Assembly (NCBI GenBank): GCA_951406725.2
Contig: OX597834.1
Span: 24,862,001-24,926,000, forward strand
Direction of reading: 5' to 3'
Origin: Octopus vulgaris
Taxonomy: Eukaryota
DNA: 64,000 nt
The position numbers and the translations under genes were made by a program. Numbering within the stretch: position 1 is the first letter of the stretch; each line of letters opens with the position of its first letter. The notes under the pieces are model-generated. The model was not told the origin of the DNA. It saw only the letters and a list, made by a program, of their open reading frames with translations, and did no database searches. Below, in pieces: positions 1 to 15,126 of this stretch.

Positions 1-41
1 AAATTTTCTCACTCTTATATTTTTGTTTGGCACAAGGCGAT

Positions 42-215
42 ACTGGAGCACCGCCTTTAGTCTAGCAAATAGACACCAAGACTTATTCTTTGTAAGCTTA
101 GTACTTATTCTACCGGTCTCTTTTGCCGAACCGCTAAGTTACGGGGACGTAAACACACCAGCATCGGTTGTCAAGTGATGTTGGAGGGACAAACACAGAC
201 ACACAAACACACAGA
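42..215 (-). mobile_element. SINE family A, 3' half
   Basis: Matches 3900-4070. Another 3' half lies at 16577-16790. Confidence 0.85.
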
Positions 216-242
216 CACACAGACACACACACACACACATGC

Positions 243-294
<52 letters not shown>

Positions 295-1391
295 ATATAT
301 ATATAATTAGATCGACTCTGAAAGGATAAAAAGCAAATTTGACTTCGGCAGGACTCGAATTCAGAACTTAAGCTGTCGGATCATATACCGTCGGTTATTT
401 TCTTCGGTGCTCTACTGATTTACCCTGACACTCCTCGGCTCTTCAAACACTTGTGATATTCCACCGCTCTTCAAATCATTCTGCTCCTCTCCCACCCGAA
501 TGCTGTCAAAGTCAGTCACAGCTGGACACCAAGTGTTTGATAATATTATATTAAATAACCCGATAGATCTTATGAGACCAAACTTTATGGAACTTGAATG
601 CAATAATTGTAAAACGAAAGGAATCAATCCGTTCAAAGATGAATTCCTTGAAATACGACAATCTTCTAAAAAGCTAAAGTTACCTCCTAGAAGATTATCG
701 GGAAAGCTTGAAGAATTTACATGGAATTGAGCGAAGAACATTTTAAAAGTAGATATTTAAAAGTTCGCTTTCAAGTATGAAATCAAGTAAAATGCACATT
801 TATCAAGAGCTGTAAGGGTGGGGCTGAAACCATGGTCCGATGGAAATAGGACATTGGACCGAGCAAATGACAAATAGTATATTTCTTCTTTTATGAAAAG
901 AGCAACCGAGGGAGACTCTAGGTGGCTCGTTGGATTTTCCCGACATGGTAACCAAACCTACCTCAAACTATATCATAAATCATCTAAAAAAGATACGCAA
1001 AATACATTAGATAAAATACTCTTAGATGAGCTGGTTCTGAAAATAAGTTGCAATAGTTGCAGCTGTGGCGCTTTTGATTACAACAATACCAGTGTGAGGG
1101 CGGGTCAGGAATAGGCAAATATATTTTAAATCAACGTTTTGATGGGTTTTTTATTTGTTCAGCCACGTGACCGGGTCACGAGGGCACACTTATGTGTTTT
1201 CAATTTATAAATGAAATGAAAAAAAAAAAATACAACAATCATATCGAATGGCAGACAACTCAAATTATAGCGGTGAGATAACGTTCTACTGATCTTATAT
1301 ACGTCACATGCTTCTGTGTAATAATAAACGGTATTATCATGCATCAAAGGTACTTTTAGTGTATCTTGTATGTATGTGTGTATGCATGCAT

Positions 1392-1536
<145 letters not shown>

Positions 1537-2052
1537 CAATCGTAACATTAAACGTTTACCCTGAGTCTGTCGCCAATTTCAATATGAAATAAAGATCCTT
1601 GTTTGAAATGGCATCTGAAGAATGCGAAAATTTTAATTAAAGGATGTAGTATCCAGTTATATGCAGATACACCATGAATGTATATTTGTGAGTGTGTTGT
1701 GTATGTAATATATATGTTAGTGCTTTTCTTGTGTGTGTTCGTGTGAAATACACATACACATAAATATATGTATACGAAAAATCTATTCTGTCTAGGGTTT
1801 GGAGTTACCTTTTACCGTTAAGAGTAATTTGGCAGAAGAATTACTTACTTGCAAAAGCATCATCCCGATTTCTTGCTCGTTTGTTTTAGTGCTTGCGTGT
1901 ATATTTGTATGCATATATGTGCACATATGTGTACATGTATGTATACATATATGTGTACGTATATCTGCCTGTCTGTATGTAGTCAGGGTGCTGTTTTACG
2001 CGTCATACTTCTAGTTACATATTAAATGTTCTAAACACACTCACACACACAC

Positions 2053-2125
<73 letters not shown>

Positions 2126-2646
2126 TCATATCTCTATGAAGCGTTCTTCGTGATATATAATAGCGTTTCACATTAAAAACAAAAAAGAATAACTAGAAAA
2201 ACTAGAATGGAAAACTTCTTTTAGCTGAGATTATCCTGGCAATTTGAAAACAAAATCTCCCTAAAGAATTGATAAGATCTTAAGTCCTATTAAATCTGAT
2301 AGTCAAAGATTTTTGTCTACTGGTGAAGACAATTGGTACAAGGAATGTTCAAATTCCGCTCTTGTTACGTATCATCATCTATCCGTTCTTTCATTGCTGT
2401 TGACCCGAAGATTTAGTTAAACACTTTATTATAACAGCATAAATTATAATAAAGTCTCTCGTTTTATTCTGCTCTCAGATATATTACTCAGTAAATTATT
2501 CAGATATCTCGGGTAACAGACGAAAATTGAAGGACAAATTCTGTTTAATACGTGATTGTAGGTGGGATATACATGGATCCACATGAAGTTCTAAGTAAAA
2601 CAGCAATTTCTCCCATTTTGTCTTTCTCTCATTTGTTACACGCACG

Positions 2647-2711
<65 letters not shown>

Positions 2712-2714
<3 letters not shown>

Positions 2715-2870
2715 CGGCAGACTTTCAGATTCCGTCAACTAAATCCATTCACAAGTCTTTGGTCGATCCGAGGCTAGAGTAGAAGACATTTGCCGAAGTT
2801 ACCATGCGGTGAGACTGAACCCGGAACCATGTGATTGGGAAGCAAGCTTCTAACCATACAGCTACGTCTG
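2712..2870 (-). mobile_element. SINE family A, 5' half
   Basis: Matches 4098-4260. Further 5' halves at 17338-17484 (-) and 14041-14080 (-). Confidence 0.8.
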
Positions 2871-3453
2871 CTCCACGCCTGCGTCACGCCTGTGCCACAT
2901 CTGCGCGTAAATATTTTCCTGTAAGGAGTTTATTTGAGAATAACGCTCAAAAATACACAAATATTTGATCCGACACAGTTTCTTATCGACAGATAAAACA
3001 ATTATGTGATGTGTGTGTGATGTACTTAGACTTGCGTGCGTCTAGATGTGCATGTCTGCGCGCGCGTATAAGTATATACGGTTTTGATGTATTGAATGCA
3101 ACATTGTCCCACCGATCTAATTTGGACGCAAAATGTAATCGATAGCAGAATGTAATCGATAAATTATTACTGATTAAAGTCAATACATGGTATTCATCTC
3201 CATGATAAATATGAAACTATTGAGAAACATAGCGTCAAAAACTTGTGAAAATACGTCTTGAATATTTGGATCACGTCCTGTTTTTCTGTAGACCGAATTA
3301 GCGATTTGGTTGGTGAACAAGCGTCAGTAAGATGCAACGGTAATTGCCATTTGCTACCTCATAAACACAACGCGGCTTGTGGCTGGTCACGGTTTCGAAC
3401 ATACCAAGATACGAATTAAGCGAAATAAACAGAAAGATCTGCCGATATATATA

Positions 3454-3619
3454 TATAATACAGTGTACATTTAAACACATTAAGGGGTTTCCATCATAGG
3501 ACTCACTTACGCTAGAAAGAACAGCTAAAGTCTAAGCCACTAATTAGGGTTCTTTCTAGCGCAAGGGATTCCTATGATGGAATCCTCTTAATGTGTTTAA
3601 ATGTTCACTGTATTTTATA
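3454..3619. repeat. Imperfect inverted repeat, ~70-bp arms
   Basis: aatacagtgtacatttaaacacattaag...gctagaaagaac versus gttctttctagc...cttaatgtgtttaaatgttcactgtatt. Confidence 0.85.
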
Positions 3620-3861
3620 CGAATAATATATCGTCTATTGACTAATGTTTCTATACGCTAGGCCACTGGTAGTAAAAATTTCTAAAATCTTTATTAACCT
3701 GATATTATCAATTATGTATGTATGAATATATATGCGTATGAGAATTTTCAGATTTTTCTATATGCTAGGCTACTGGTTTTAAATTGATGTTAATTAAATT
3801 AATATTCAATTTATCACCCTCATTATTTAAATTTTATATATATATATATATATATGTATAC

Positions 3862-4262
3862 TCTTTTTTTACTTGTTTCAGTCATTTGACTGCGGCCATG
3901 CTGGAGCACCGCCTTTTAGTCGAGCAAATCGACCCCGGGACTTATTCTTTGTAAGCCCAGCACTTATTTTATCGGTCTCTTTTGCCGAACCGCTAAGTAA
4001 CGGGGACGTAAACACACCAGCATCGGTTGTCAAGCAATGCTAGGGGGACAAACACAGACACACAAACACATACACACACATATATATATACATATATACG
4101 ACAGGCTTCTTTCAGTTTCCGTCTACCAAATCCACTCACAAGGCATTGGTCGGCCCGGGGCTATAGCAGAAGACACTTGCCCAAGATGCCACGCAGTGGG
4201 ACTGAACCCGGAACCATGTGAATGGTTAGCAAGCTACTTACCACACAGCCACTCCTGCGCCT
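3862..4262 (-). mobile_element. tRNA-derived SINE family A, full length
   Basis: Head ggcgcaggagtggctgtgtggtaag (A box), ggttcagtccc (B box), CORE-like cttgggcaagtg, internal (TA)/(TG) tract, tail tgactgaaacaagtaaaa. Confidence 0.9.
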
Positions 4263-4492
4263 GCTAACAGGACATGTCCTTAACATGTCCCTGTTACCAA
4301 AGACTGTATATATGTAATGTAGCAATTTGTAACAACCAATAATTAACGCAACCAAACTTCCACATGTTACTTTTGACAATCTTTTTCCAAAGAGTGAAAC
4401 CGGTAAAGTAAATAAACATCTTTTAAATTGCATTTTCAAACCTTCTTTCGTATATAATTCCACTCGTGCGGTACCCCACAACTCCACTTTGT

Positions 4493-4558
<66 letters not shown>

Positions 4559-5808
4559 GTAAAAGACACTGGCACTGGAGTATTAGGATTAACGTTCATG
4601 TCTGAGTATAACATACTCCTGTTGACCGATACCTACATGGTGGAAGTCGACTGGTGACCGAGTAAGATCATTTCTTAAACTCATTTAATTCCAAGAAACA
4701 CTTTACGTTTGGTTTCCTTATCGCTAATGACATCTCGTATGACTCTTCAGGCCAACAAGTCATGACTTGCAAGTCATTCGCATTGATCACATATATACAT
4801 ACATACATACCAACATGTATGCGTACATATATATATATATATACACGCACACGTATATAACTATATACACATACATATTTGTATTGTAGACATATATACC
4901 TGCGTGCATACAAACATATATACAAAAATGCGTGTATCTGTACACGCGCATTCAAACACGTTCACAGTGTTTTATAGATAACTGGAATAGTAACAGATAG
5001 ATGATGATAAGTTGAGAGAGAGAGCGGGGAGAGAAACAGGGGGAGGAAGACAGAGACAGTAGCAGAGAGGAGGAGGAGGAGGAGGAGATAGACACAGACA
5101 CTATCGTAAAAGAAGCAATTAATTGGACCGGAATAATTTTGGTTTAAAGCTATGATAGTCTTGATAAAAGGTCCTGGAGGGGAGGGGGGGCACGGAGTTG
5201 TGAAGGTAGGGGTCGGGTGGTATTAGAATCATGTGTCCTGTCACTTGTAGCGGGAGCAAGGAGGATGTTCCTTCTGTATAGAGGGGCTGTAAAATGAGCG
5301 AGATAAGGGTGGGAGAGAGGGGAGAGAGAGGAGAGAGGGTTAAAGGGGTGAAAGAAACAATGTTGTTTCACATATCGTGAGATTTTATTTCAATTTTTAT
5401 GATTCTCATTTAACTAGCATCTATCCATCCATCCATTCCTCCACCCGTCCGTCCACCCACCCGACATCCCATCTGCGCCCCCCCCCCCCCATATAGATCT
5501 CAGGGAGAAAGGAAAAACAAACAAGAAAAGATAATCCATTGATAGCATTCCTCTTTATCTTTATCTTTATCATCATCACCATCTTCATCATAATCATCAT
5601 CGTCATCATCATCATCATCATCGTCGTCGTCGTCGTCGTCATCATCATCGTTATGGCATGTTATTGTTATTGGTGGATGTGTTGCTGTCGAGAAAGGGGT
5701 GGATTCTCACTACCCACTTCTATAAGCCTACACACACACACATGTACAGACACAGATATACACACACACATACGCAAACACAAACACGTGCACGCACATA
5801 CACACACA

Positions 5809-5846
<38 letters not shown>

Positions 5847-5926
5847 TTCATCTCCTCTTCATTTCCTGTAGACTCGACATTGCGGTCTTAACAGTAAATT
5901 AAAGCTGATGCCGAAGCGAGATAACT

Positions 5927-5966
<40 letters not shown>

Positions 5967-6163
5967 GAATACACATATAAACATACATGCACGTACACAC
6001 ACACACACACTCACGAATAAATACACATATAAAAATACATGCACGTACACACACACACACACACACATTTCATTGCTTGTAGGCATTAACCCTCATTTCT
6101 CTTCATCCCCATACGCATATACATGGTGTGTATATTAATTATTAGTACATGCTTATGTGTGTT

Positions 6164-6225
<62 letters not shown>

Positions 6226-6538
6226 TCTCTCTCTCTTTAGTCACACGCGCACGCGGTAACACGACACATATGTACTCCACAGGATGCATGAGAAATATTC
6301 TTAGAGATGTGTGTGAGTATATATATGAGTATATATATAAGAGTGTATAAAGATATATACACAAAGACCCATGGCATATATACGGCTATCTATTTATCCA
6401 TGTATTTCTCTCTCACTGTATATGTATATATATATAATTCATATATATATATATATATACATATAAATATATACATATATATATATACATATATATATAT
6501 ACATATAAATATATACATATATATACATATATATATAA

Positions 6539-6626
<88 letters not shown>

Positions 6627-6866
6627 TATATAAATATATACATATATACATATGTATATATATAATTCATAAATATATATATATAATTCATATATATAAA
6701 TCCTATGTTGATGGTAATGGTAGGGGTATATTAATGATACTTGTGGTAGAGAATAGATTTCTTGTGGTGATGGTTGTGCTGGTGATGATGATACGTTTGG
6801 GGTTATGTGTGTGCGCGTGCATGTGTGTATTGTGTATGTGCCTGTCGAAGAATGGTTATTGGAAGT

Positions 6867-6905
<39 letters not shown>

Positions 6906-7488
6906 TTCCGTGTGTAATTGAGTCCTGGTGCGAGATGTAGGTTATCACTGAATGAGAAGATAAAAATCAAGAGTCAGAAAGGTGAAGACATTCCCCAACT
7001 ATCAGGGATCATTTGTGCTTGACATTTTCTCTGATCCCACAATTTCTTCTCACAGTCTCGACCCTCTTCCTTAAACGTGTCATAATTATATTATTACTAC
7101 CATATCACCTCTCACTTTCACCCTGTCCCGCTTACTTTAAGGTATTTATGTGGCCCCTAAAACACAGTTTTCTTCAGTTTCCCGTTTATCGCTTTCCTCT
7201 CTTCTAAATTTAGACGTTTCCCAGAAAATCGCTGGCCTCTTTTTGAAACAAAAATTCCTTCTCTTCTGTTCAAGTTTTCTCCTTTCTATCTCATTCTTTC
7301 CTCATTAAATTCACTCTCTCTCTTTCAATTACGGCTCTCCCTTTTCAATCATATTTCTCCCCTTAAATCATTCCTACCGTCTTTATTTAGTTACCCCCTG
7401 TCTTCCACCCTCCTTATTTTTAAAGAAACAATTGAGACCCAACTGCTAAAAAATACCAACTTAACATGTTGTATGTATGTATGTATAT

Positions 7489-7790
<302 letters not shown>

Positions 7791-8089
7791 TATTTGGGAG
7801 CAAAGACGATGAACGATTTCTTTTGCATACACTCGGAAAAACAATGACGACACTTTAAACTCTATTATAGCCGATGAAACTAACGTGGTTATCCGTATAG
7901 CATAACACACGGTCACATGAAGAATCGCATTTACCAGGAAATCCCGAGTAGAGAAACCACAATGTTAATATGCTCTACGTGTTGAGTACGCTTTCTTAAA
8001 TCTCAAAACGTCCAGAACAACTGGCGCAAAGGAAAATAGTTCCACCGTGCCCTATTCAGAATTGCATCGCAGTTTTATCGCAATATCGA

Positions 8090-8325
8090 CCACACCATCA
8101 GATGCTGTTATATACCGCTGCTCACAATGTGCTTCTAGTTCTGTCTTGATTGTGCCTTTCTTTTCCATCTTGATCTAAGTTTATTTAACTAAATCGTCTT
8201 CCCATCGTCGTGGGGCCTTCCAAGTGGCCTTTTTCCGATGTCTTGGATACTATTGCTTGACAGCTACACGGATCCAACTGTTGTCTGTTGACCTTTAAAC
8301 ATGTCAGGCCCAGCGCAACTTGTTT
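8090..8325 (-). mobile_element. RTE-like LINE 3' fragment
   Basis: Minus strand reads GKRPLGRP/RRWED with a frameshift, then QDRT. Confidence 0.6.
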
Positions 8326-8406
8326 TAGGTACTCTACGATCACATCGTTCTCTTCGCTCCGTTCTCGAATTATCTAAAGACAGGTTCCATCTTTTGTCCT
8401 ATAACC

Positions 8407-8474
<68 letters not shown>

Positions 8475-8639
8475 CAAACGCAAACTATAGCCATCACATC
8501 ACTTGCAAGCGAGTATTACCCAGTAGCTTCTGCCCTGTTTTCACTGATTGCTTTAGGTGTCTATGTAGCTGTGAATTAACACAGACACCCTCTCGACTCT
8601 CCTACCGTTTGACCCAGCAGCACATCAGACATGTGACAG

Positions 8640-8785
8640 CTCTTAGGAGAGGGATCTCCGCCAAACTTTCAGCTGGGTAGACTGGAAGTGTCTTAATATC
8701 ATAGACAGAATGCACCAAAAGATCCAGGATTCGAAATTCACGACCTTATGATCGTGGGCTTAACATCCCAACCACTAGGCCACAA
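8640..8785 (-). mobile_element. Old tRNA-derived SINE head (another family)
   Basis: tggcctagtggtt A box and ttcgaatcc B box on the minus strand; no complete cloverleaf. Confidence 0.55.
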
Positions 8786-8805
8786 CAACAGCAACAACAA
8801 AAACA

Positions 8806-8856
<51 letters not shown>

Positions 8857-8861
8857 GCTGT

Positions 8862-8904
<43 letters not shown>

Positions 8905-10034
8905 GCTGCTGCATACACACACGTGTCTGTATCCACGCGCGCATGCGTGCCCACATACAACACAACCGCCAAGACCGCAAAAACGATGAAGCCATAACGT
9001 GGTCATTTAATCTGCTAGAAATAGTCGTTAAATCTCCTTCACATTACACACCGCTAGAGAGTATGTCCCATATAGTTTCTATCACCGAAGAGATGGTCAT
9101 GTCTAAAGTTCTCTTTGACCATAAGCCTGTTGTTGTTCATTCATTACTGTCCATGGGTAAAACAGCAACAACACTACCAAGCTTATCACTGCTCACTGTG
9201 GCAGTAAGTTCATACAATGCCTGGTCGACGAGTATCCACTCATCAAAGAGAGAGAAGCCAGCGGAAAGAGTTATTACAAGATAAGACATTACTGGTTGAC
9301 AAAAAGAGAGAAGGAACAAATAGATACACACACCGAGACACACACACACAGGTATATCGAGAGAGAGAGAGAGAGGGGGGAGGGAGGGAGAGAGGGGAAA
9401 AGAGTGGGAGAGATACATACAGAGGGAGAAAAAGAGAGAAATGAATTTACAGAGAGAGAGAGACTGCAAATAAAACGAAGTTTATGAGCTGGTTTTATAA
9501 AAGTCAAATTCAGACTTGGTTGTGTGTTGGTTACAGTGTGAAAGTATGGAAGCTTGGGTGTGTGCTGACGGTGTGTTGGAAAGTATGGAAGCTTGGTTGT
9601 TGTAGAAACCAATAAAACGAGAAGTGAAATAGCGGCTCTGTTGTTTCTGTAAGAAACGATCGATGTAATTGGTTTGTGTTTGGCGAGTTTATCAAGCGAG
9701 AATATAACTGGATTAAGGCATGTCTAAGTTGTGGCTCCTATATAATCATATATTGATATCGAGAGAGACACAGAGAGAGGGTGAGAGAGGAGAGAGGGGA
9801 AGGGGAGGTAGAAGAGGTACAGAGAAAGTCTGGCCTATTCACATACACGTTTTTCCGTTTGTGAGTATGTGCGCACGCTTGCTCACGCACACGCACGATT
9901 ATAGGCCTCACTGATAGAGATATGATTTAGATATTTAACTGGCTGCCTATCTATTTATCATTCCAGACACAGACACACACACTTTCTTTCCCTCTCTTCC
10001 TCTCTCTCTCCGTCTGTCCCTCCCCCTCTCTCTC

Positions 10035-10405
<371 letters not shown>

Positions 10406-11080
10406 CACATACAAGAATACATTTCGAGATTGTTGTTTAATCCTCGCATTCCCTAATCCAGTAATATTATGATCAAAGACCTTAACCATCTTATTATATT
10501 ATCTAAAGATTACATTAACTAATGTGTATTTCCTTTTGCAAGGCAATGGGTTTGAACTGAAGGAGGTTTGATTGATATTTCTAGCACACCGATTGACCAC
10601 GTAGAGGTTCAACTCCTTTAATCGTAAAATCTACATTTCCTTTTTAGAGCAAGATTACAAGAAACATCGTAGCCCATGAGGCAAGTAGCAACTCTCCGAG
10701 GGCACACCTGTACTGATAAAAATTAATTAATCATTAATTGTACAAATTTATAGATATGTATAATTTATATTAAATTACTGTTTTGGGCTTAAGGATTTAA
10801 ACTGGTTGGATTCTTTTAGTTTTAAGAGATTTCTTCATCAAAACGTTTCTCGTTCAAGTACGGGCGGAATTTACAAACGTTGTTTCTTGTCTCTTGTTTT
10901 AGAGCCAGGCAACTTAGAAATACATTCCGTATAAAAAGGCGAAGGCGTGGCTCTGCAGTAAGAAGCTAGCTTCTCTACCGCATGGTTCCGGTTTCAGTCT
11001 CACTATGTGGTCCCTTGGGCAAGTGTCTTCGTGCCTACCAAAGCATTGTGAGTTGATCTAGTAGACGGAAACTGAAAAAA

Positions 11081-11368
<288 letters not shown>

Positions 11369-12258
11369 GTTAACGATCTATATGCGTGTGTGTGGGGGTA
11401 TTTGTCCCCTGCTACCACTTGACAACCGGTGTTAGTGTGTTTACCACCCCGTTACTTAGTAGCGGTTCAACTAAAGAAACCGATAGGATAAGTACCAGCC
11501 TAAAAAAAATTTAAAAAAACATAATTACCAGGGGTCGATTCCTTCGGCTAAAAATTCTCCAAGGTGGTGCCCCAGCATGGCCGCAGTCTAATGACTGAAA
11601 CAAGTACAAGATAGATAAAAGATAAAAAAATTATCAAATTAATGTTTGTCATGGTGGTGATGGTGGTGGTGGTGGTCATTGCCATAAAATAGTCAACAGC
11701 ACCAATACTTGCAATATCATCATCGCCGTCGTCACCACCGCCTTCAGCACAATTGTCATAATCAGCAGCAGCAGCAGCTTCATCTTCACCACCACCACCA
11801 CCACCATTATTATCATCATCGTGTCTTCCAAATGACGCCTCTCCTTGTCTCCTTCCTCACTCGCCCCAAACCCTCCTCTGCTTCTTCCTCCTCCTGTTTC
11901 TTTCCTCACACCACCAGCATCATCACTAAAACCACCACCACCACAACTGCCACTGGCATCAACATTCTCACTACCACCACAGCCACAACCACAATACTCC
12001 CTCCCTCCACCCCACTACCACCGCACTAATACATACAACATGCCACCACCCCCCCGCCCCCGCCCTCACCGGCACCACTATAACTTTTAACGCTTCTCTG
12101 AACTTAATTCAATATGACGCTCTCCCGCCTCTATTCATTGATCGATTGTTTTCATCATATTTTATTTATTGTTGTTTAATTGTGATACACGCGCGCGCGC
12201 ACACACACACACACACATCTATAATCATACATACATACATACATACATACATACATAC

Positions 12259-12300
<42 letters not shown>

Positions 12301-13039
12301 GCATACACACTCGTTCAAACACACTCATATACGTATCATTTGTATTTACTTACACTTGGTGACCACACACACACATCTATAATCATACATATACACATAC
12401 ATACACACACACACACATATATATATATTTATTTATACACACACACACACACACTCGTTCAAACACACTCATATACGTGAGTATCATTTGTATTTACTTA
12501 CACTTCGTGACCAACACCGTCGTTAGACTACTAGTACTACTACTTCTACTACTACTACTACTTACTACTACTACTACTACTTCTACTACTTACTACTACT
12601 ACTACTACAAGCACCACCACTACCTCCTCTTACCGACTCCAACACTAGTTATCTCCAAGCACTATAAACCACACTGTCGCAAACACCATCCACAAACACC
12701 ATCCACAACCACCACCACCACTACCACCACCACCACTACCACCACCACCGCCGCCGCCGCCGCCGCTGCTGCCAACACCATCATCGCCCCCCCCCCCGCC
12801 CTCTTCTCAGCGACAGTCACACAATCATTATATTTTATTCACCTTCGCTTAAATGTAATTTTATCACAGAAATTCCTATCTGCTCCGACTGGAATTATTG
12901 CTGCTGTTGTTGTGACTAATAGAGGGGGAAGAGGTGGGAGGAGATTTAATAGCTGTGGTGGCGGCGGAGATGATAATAGCGATAATCATGATGAGGAGAG
13001 TGATAATATTAAAGTGCGACGTCGCGGCCATTGACAGTG

Positions 13040-13453
13040 ACCACGACGACGACGACGACGACGACGATGATGATGATGATGATGATGATGATAGTGATGA
13101 TAATGATGATTATGATGAAGATGATGATGATGATGATGATGATAGTGATGATAATGATGATTATGATGAAGATGATGATGATGATGATGATGACGACGTT
13201 GATTATGATGCTGATGACGGTGGTGATGGTGGCGATGATGATGATGGTGATGACGTTTATAAAGAAACATTATGATGATGCTGATAATGGTGGTGATGAT
13301 GGTGGTGATGATGTTGATGATGGTGGTGGTGGTGGTGGGGGTGATGATGACGTTGATTATGATGATGCTGATAATTGTGGTGATGATTGTGATGATGACG
13401 ATGATGATGACGATGATGATGATTATGATGATGATGACGACGACGACGACGAC

Positions 13454-13486
<33 letters not shown>

Positions 13487-13935
13487 AAAATGATGATAGC
13501 AGAAACGCTAATAATGATGATTTTATGCATAAAGTATAATGGTGGCGATTAGAAGAGATGATAATGATTTGATGATAACTACGACGATGACGCTGAAGAT
13601 TATGATGAAGTTAACTACGGCTATGAGGATGATAATGATGTTGATGATGTTGATGATGATGATGATGATGAGGGTACAACGGTAATAGTAATAGTAAACG
13701 ATGATGGCTTTGAACACTGCCGCCACCGCCGCCGGCGATAATGATGATGACGATGATGATTGGTATTCAATGGTGACAGTAATAATGCAGACGATGGGGA
13801 TAATATATTTCTTAAGTTAATCATCATCATCATCATCATCATCGTTGTCGTCGTCAGTATCACCCTCATCAACATCATCTCCATCTCAATATCACCATCC
13901 GCGCATCAACATTGTCGTCGTCATCATCATCATCG
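13040..13935. repeat. (GAT)n/(CAT)n field
   Basis: Direct inspection; 51-bp tandem duplication at about 13090-13190. Confidence 0.95.
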
Positions 13936-14077
13936 TTGTCTCGTAATGCTTCACCACTACAAATTTACATGAATCGGTTGACCCCCCCCCCCCGCCCCGT
14001 TAATCTCACTGATATTACTTCTACTTATTTGATCGATCCATGGGTTCGGGAAGCAAGCTTCTTACCACACAGCCACG

Positions 14078-14108
<31 letters not shown>

Positions 14109-14173
14109 CGGAGTAAACACATAAATGTGAAACAAGGTGGAAAAAAGAGTACTCAAATACCAATGGTAGAGTA

Positions 14174-14300
14174 ATATGCTTTATTTAAAGCAGCAGGAAA
14201 TTCAACAAAACCTGTTACTCTGAGTTTCCCGTTGAACGACAACGGGAAACTCAGAGTAACAGGTTTTGTTGAATTTTCTGCTGCTTTAAATAAAGCATAT
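14174..14300. repeat. Near-perfect hairpin, 61-bp arms and 5-nt loop
   Basis: 14174-14234 versus 14240-14300 with one mismatch. Contains GAAAC-UCAGA-GUA, a hammerhead 3' half. Confidence 0.95.
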
Positions 14301-14307
14301 ATATATA

Positions 14308-14470
14308 GTTAATCCAAACATGAAAACACAAAAAGAAAACACAACAACGCGAGGACGTGGAACAAGTATAGTGTTATTGGACGTTCAGGAAAGAAGGAAA
14401 GAAAGAGGGTTTAACATTTCGAGCGGAGCTCTTCGTCAGAAACATAGGAAAAGGGAAGATCCAAAGAAGA
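14308..14470 (-). mobile_element. Penelope-like pLTR fragment (family E2)
   Basis: gttaatccaaacatgaaaacac... is shared with 35171-35378; abuts (TA)n and has a hammerhead motif. Confidence 0.6.
14409..14443 (-). ncRNA. Minimal hammerhead motif (Penelope-type)
   Basis: GUUU-CUGACGA-A-GAGC-UCC-GCUC-GAAAU-GUU-AAAC; loopless stem III. Confidence 0.7.
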
Positions 14471-14508
14471 GATATATTATTATTATTATCATTATTATTA
14501 TTATTATT

Positions 14509-15062
14509 GAGTGAGAGAGCAGTTCATGCCATCAAAGTGACACTGGGGTAAAATATACGAAGCCCAATATACCCATCATGACTACCCGTCTGATAAGGGT
14601 ACACTAGGCACATGCATCACAACCGTATGTGCGCGTCATGGTGATCTCATATCAAAATAAACAGCACATGACCTTGCAGGTGGGGCCCAGTTAGAATTTT
14701 CTTCAGGTCGAGTAACCCATCCCACTCAAAAGGTCCCTGAATAAGGGTCGTTTAAGGATGTTGAACGAAACACCCATGTTTCCAGAGGTGAATTATTCAA
14801 ACCCCAAAGAATTCTTTTCAACACATGGCTTTGATGCTCCCCCACTACTTCTGGTCGTGATCAGAGATGCACATATCGTCAGCCACTAAGGGACATGCTC
14901 AACTGGTTAAAGTCAAACAACTGACAAGCAAATCTGTGGTATTGAGCAGAATATTTGCAGTAGCCCATCTTTTATACCAAGACAAAACAATGTACATGAT
15001 AACACTTCCAATCAATTAAGATCAGAAGCCATGAGAGCCACTGCCTGGTACTGCATCAGGGC
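14509..15062 (-). mobile_element. ~550-bp non-coding (TAA)n-embedded element (family D)
   Basis: Four copies in the window, all ending ...tgctctctcactc(AAT)n. Confidence 0.85.
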
Positions 15063-15090
15063 ATTATTATTATTATTATTATCATCATTA

Positions 15091-15126
<36 letters not shown>

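Noticed and set aside
4700-4760. CUGAAGA...GAAAC on the minus strand (similar cases near 50010-50055 and 33580-33620)
   Set aside because: Stems I and II do not close properly around the core.
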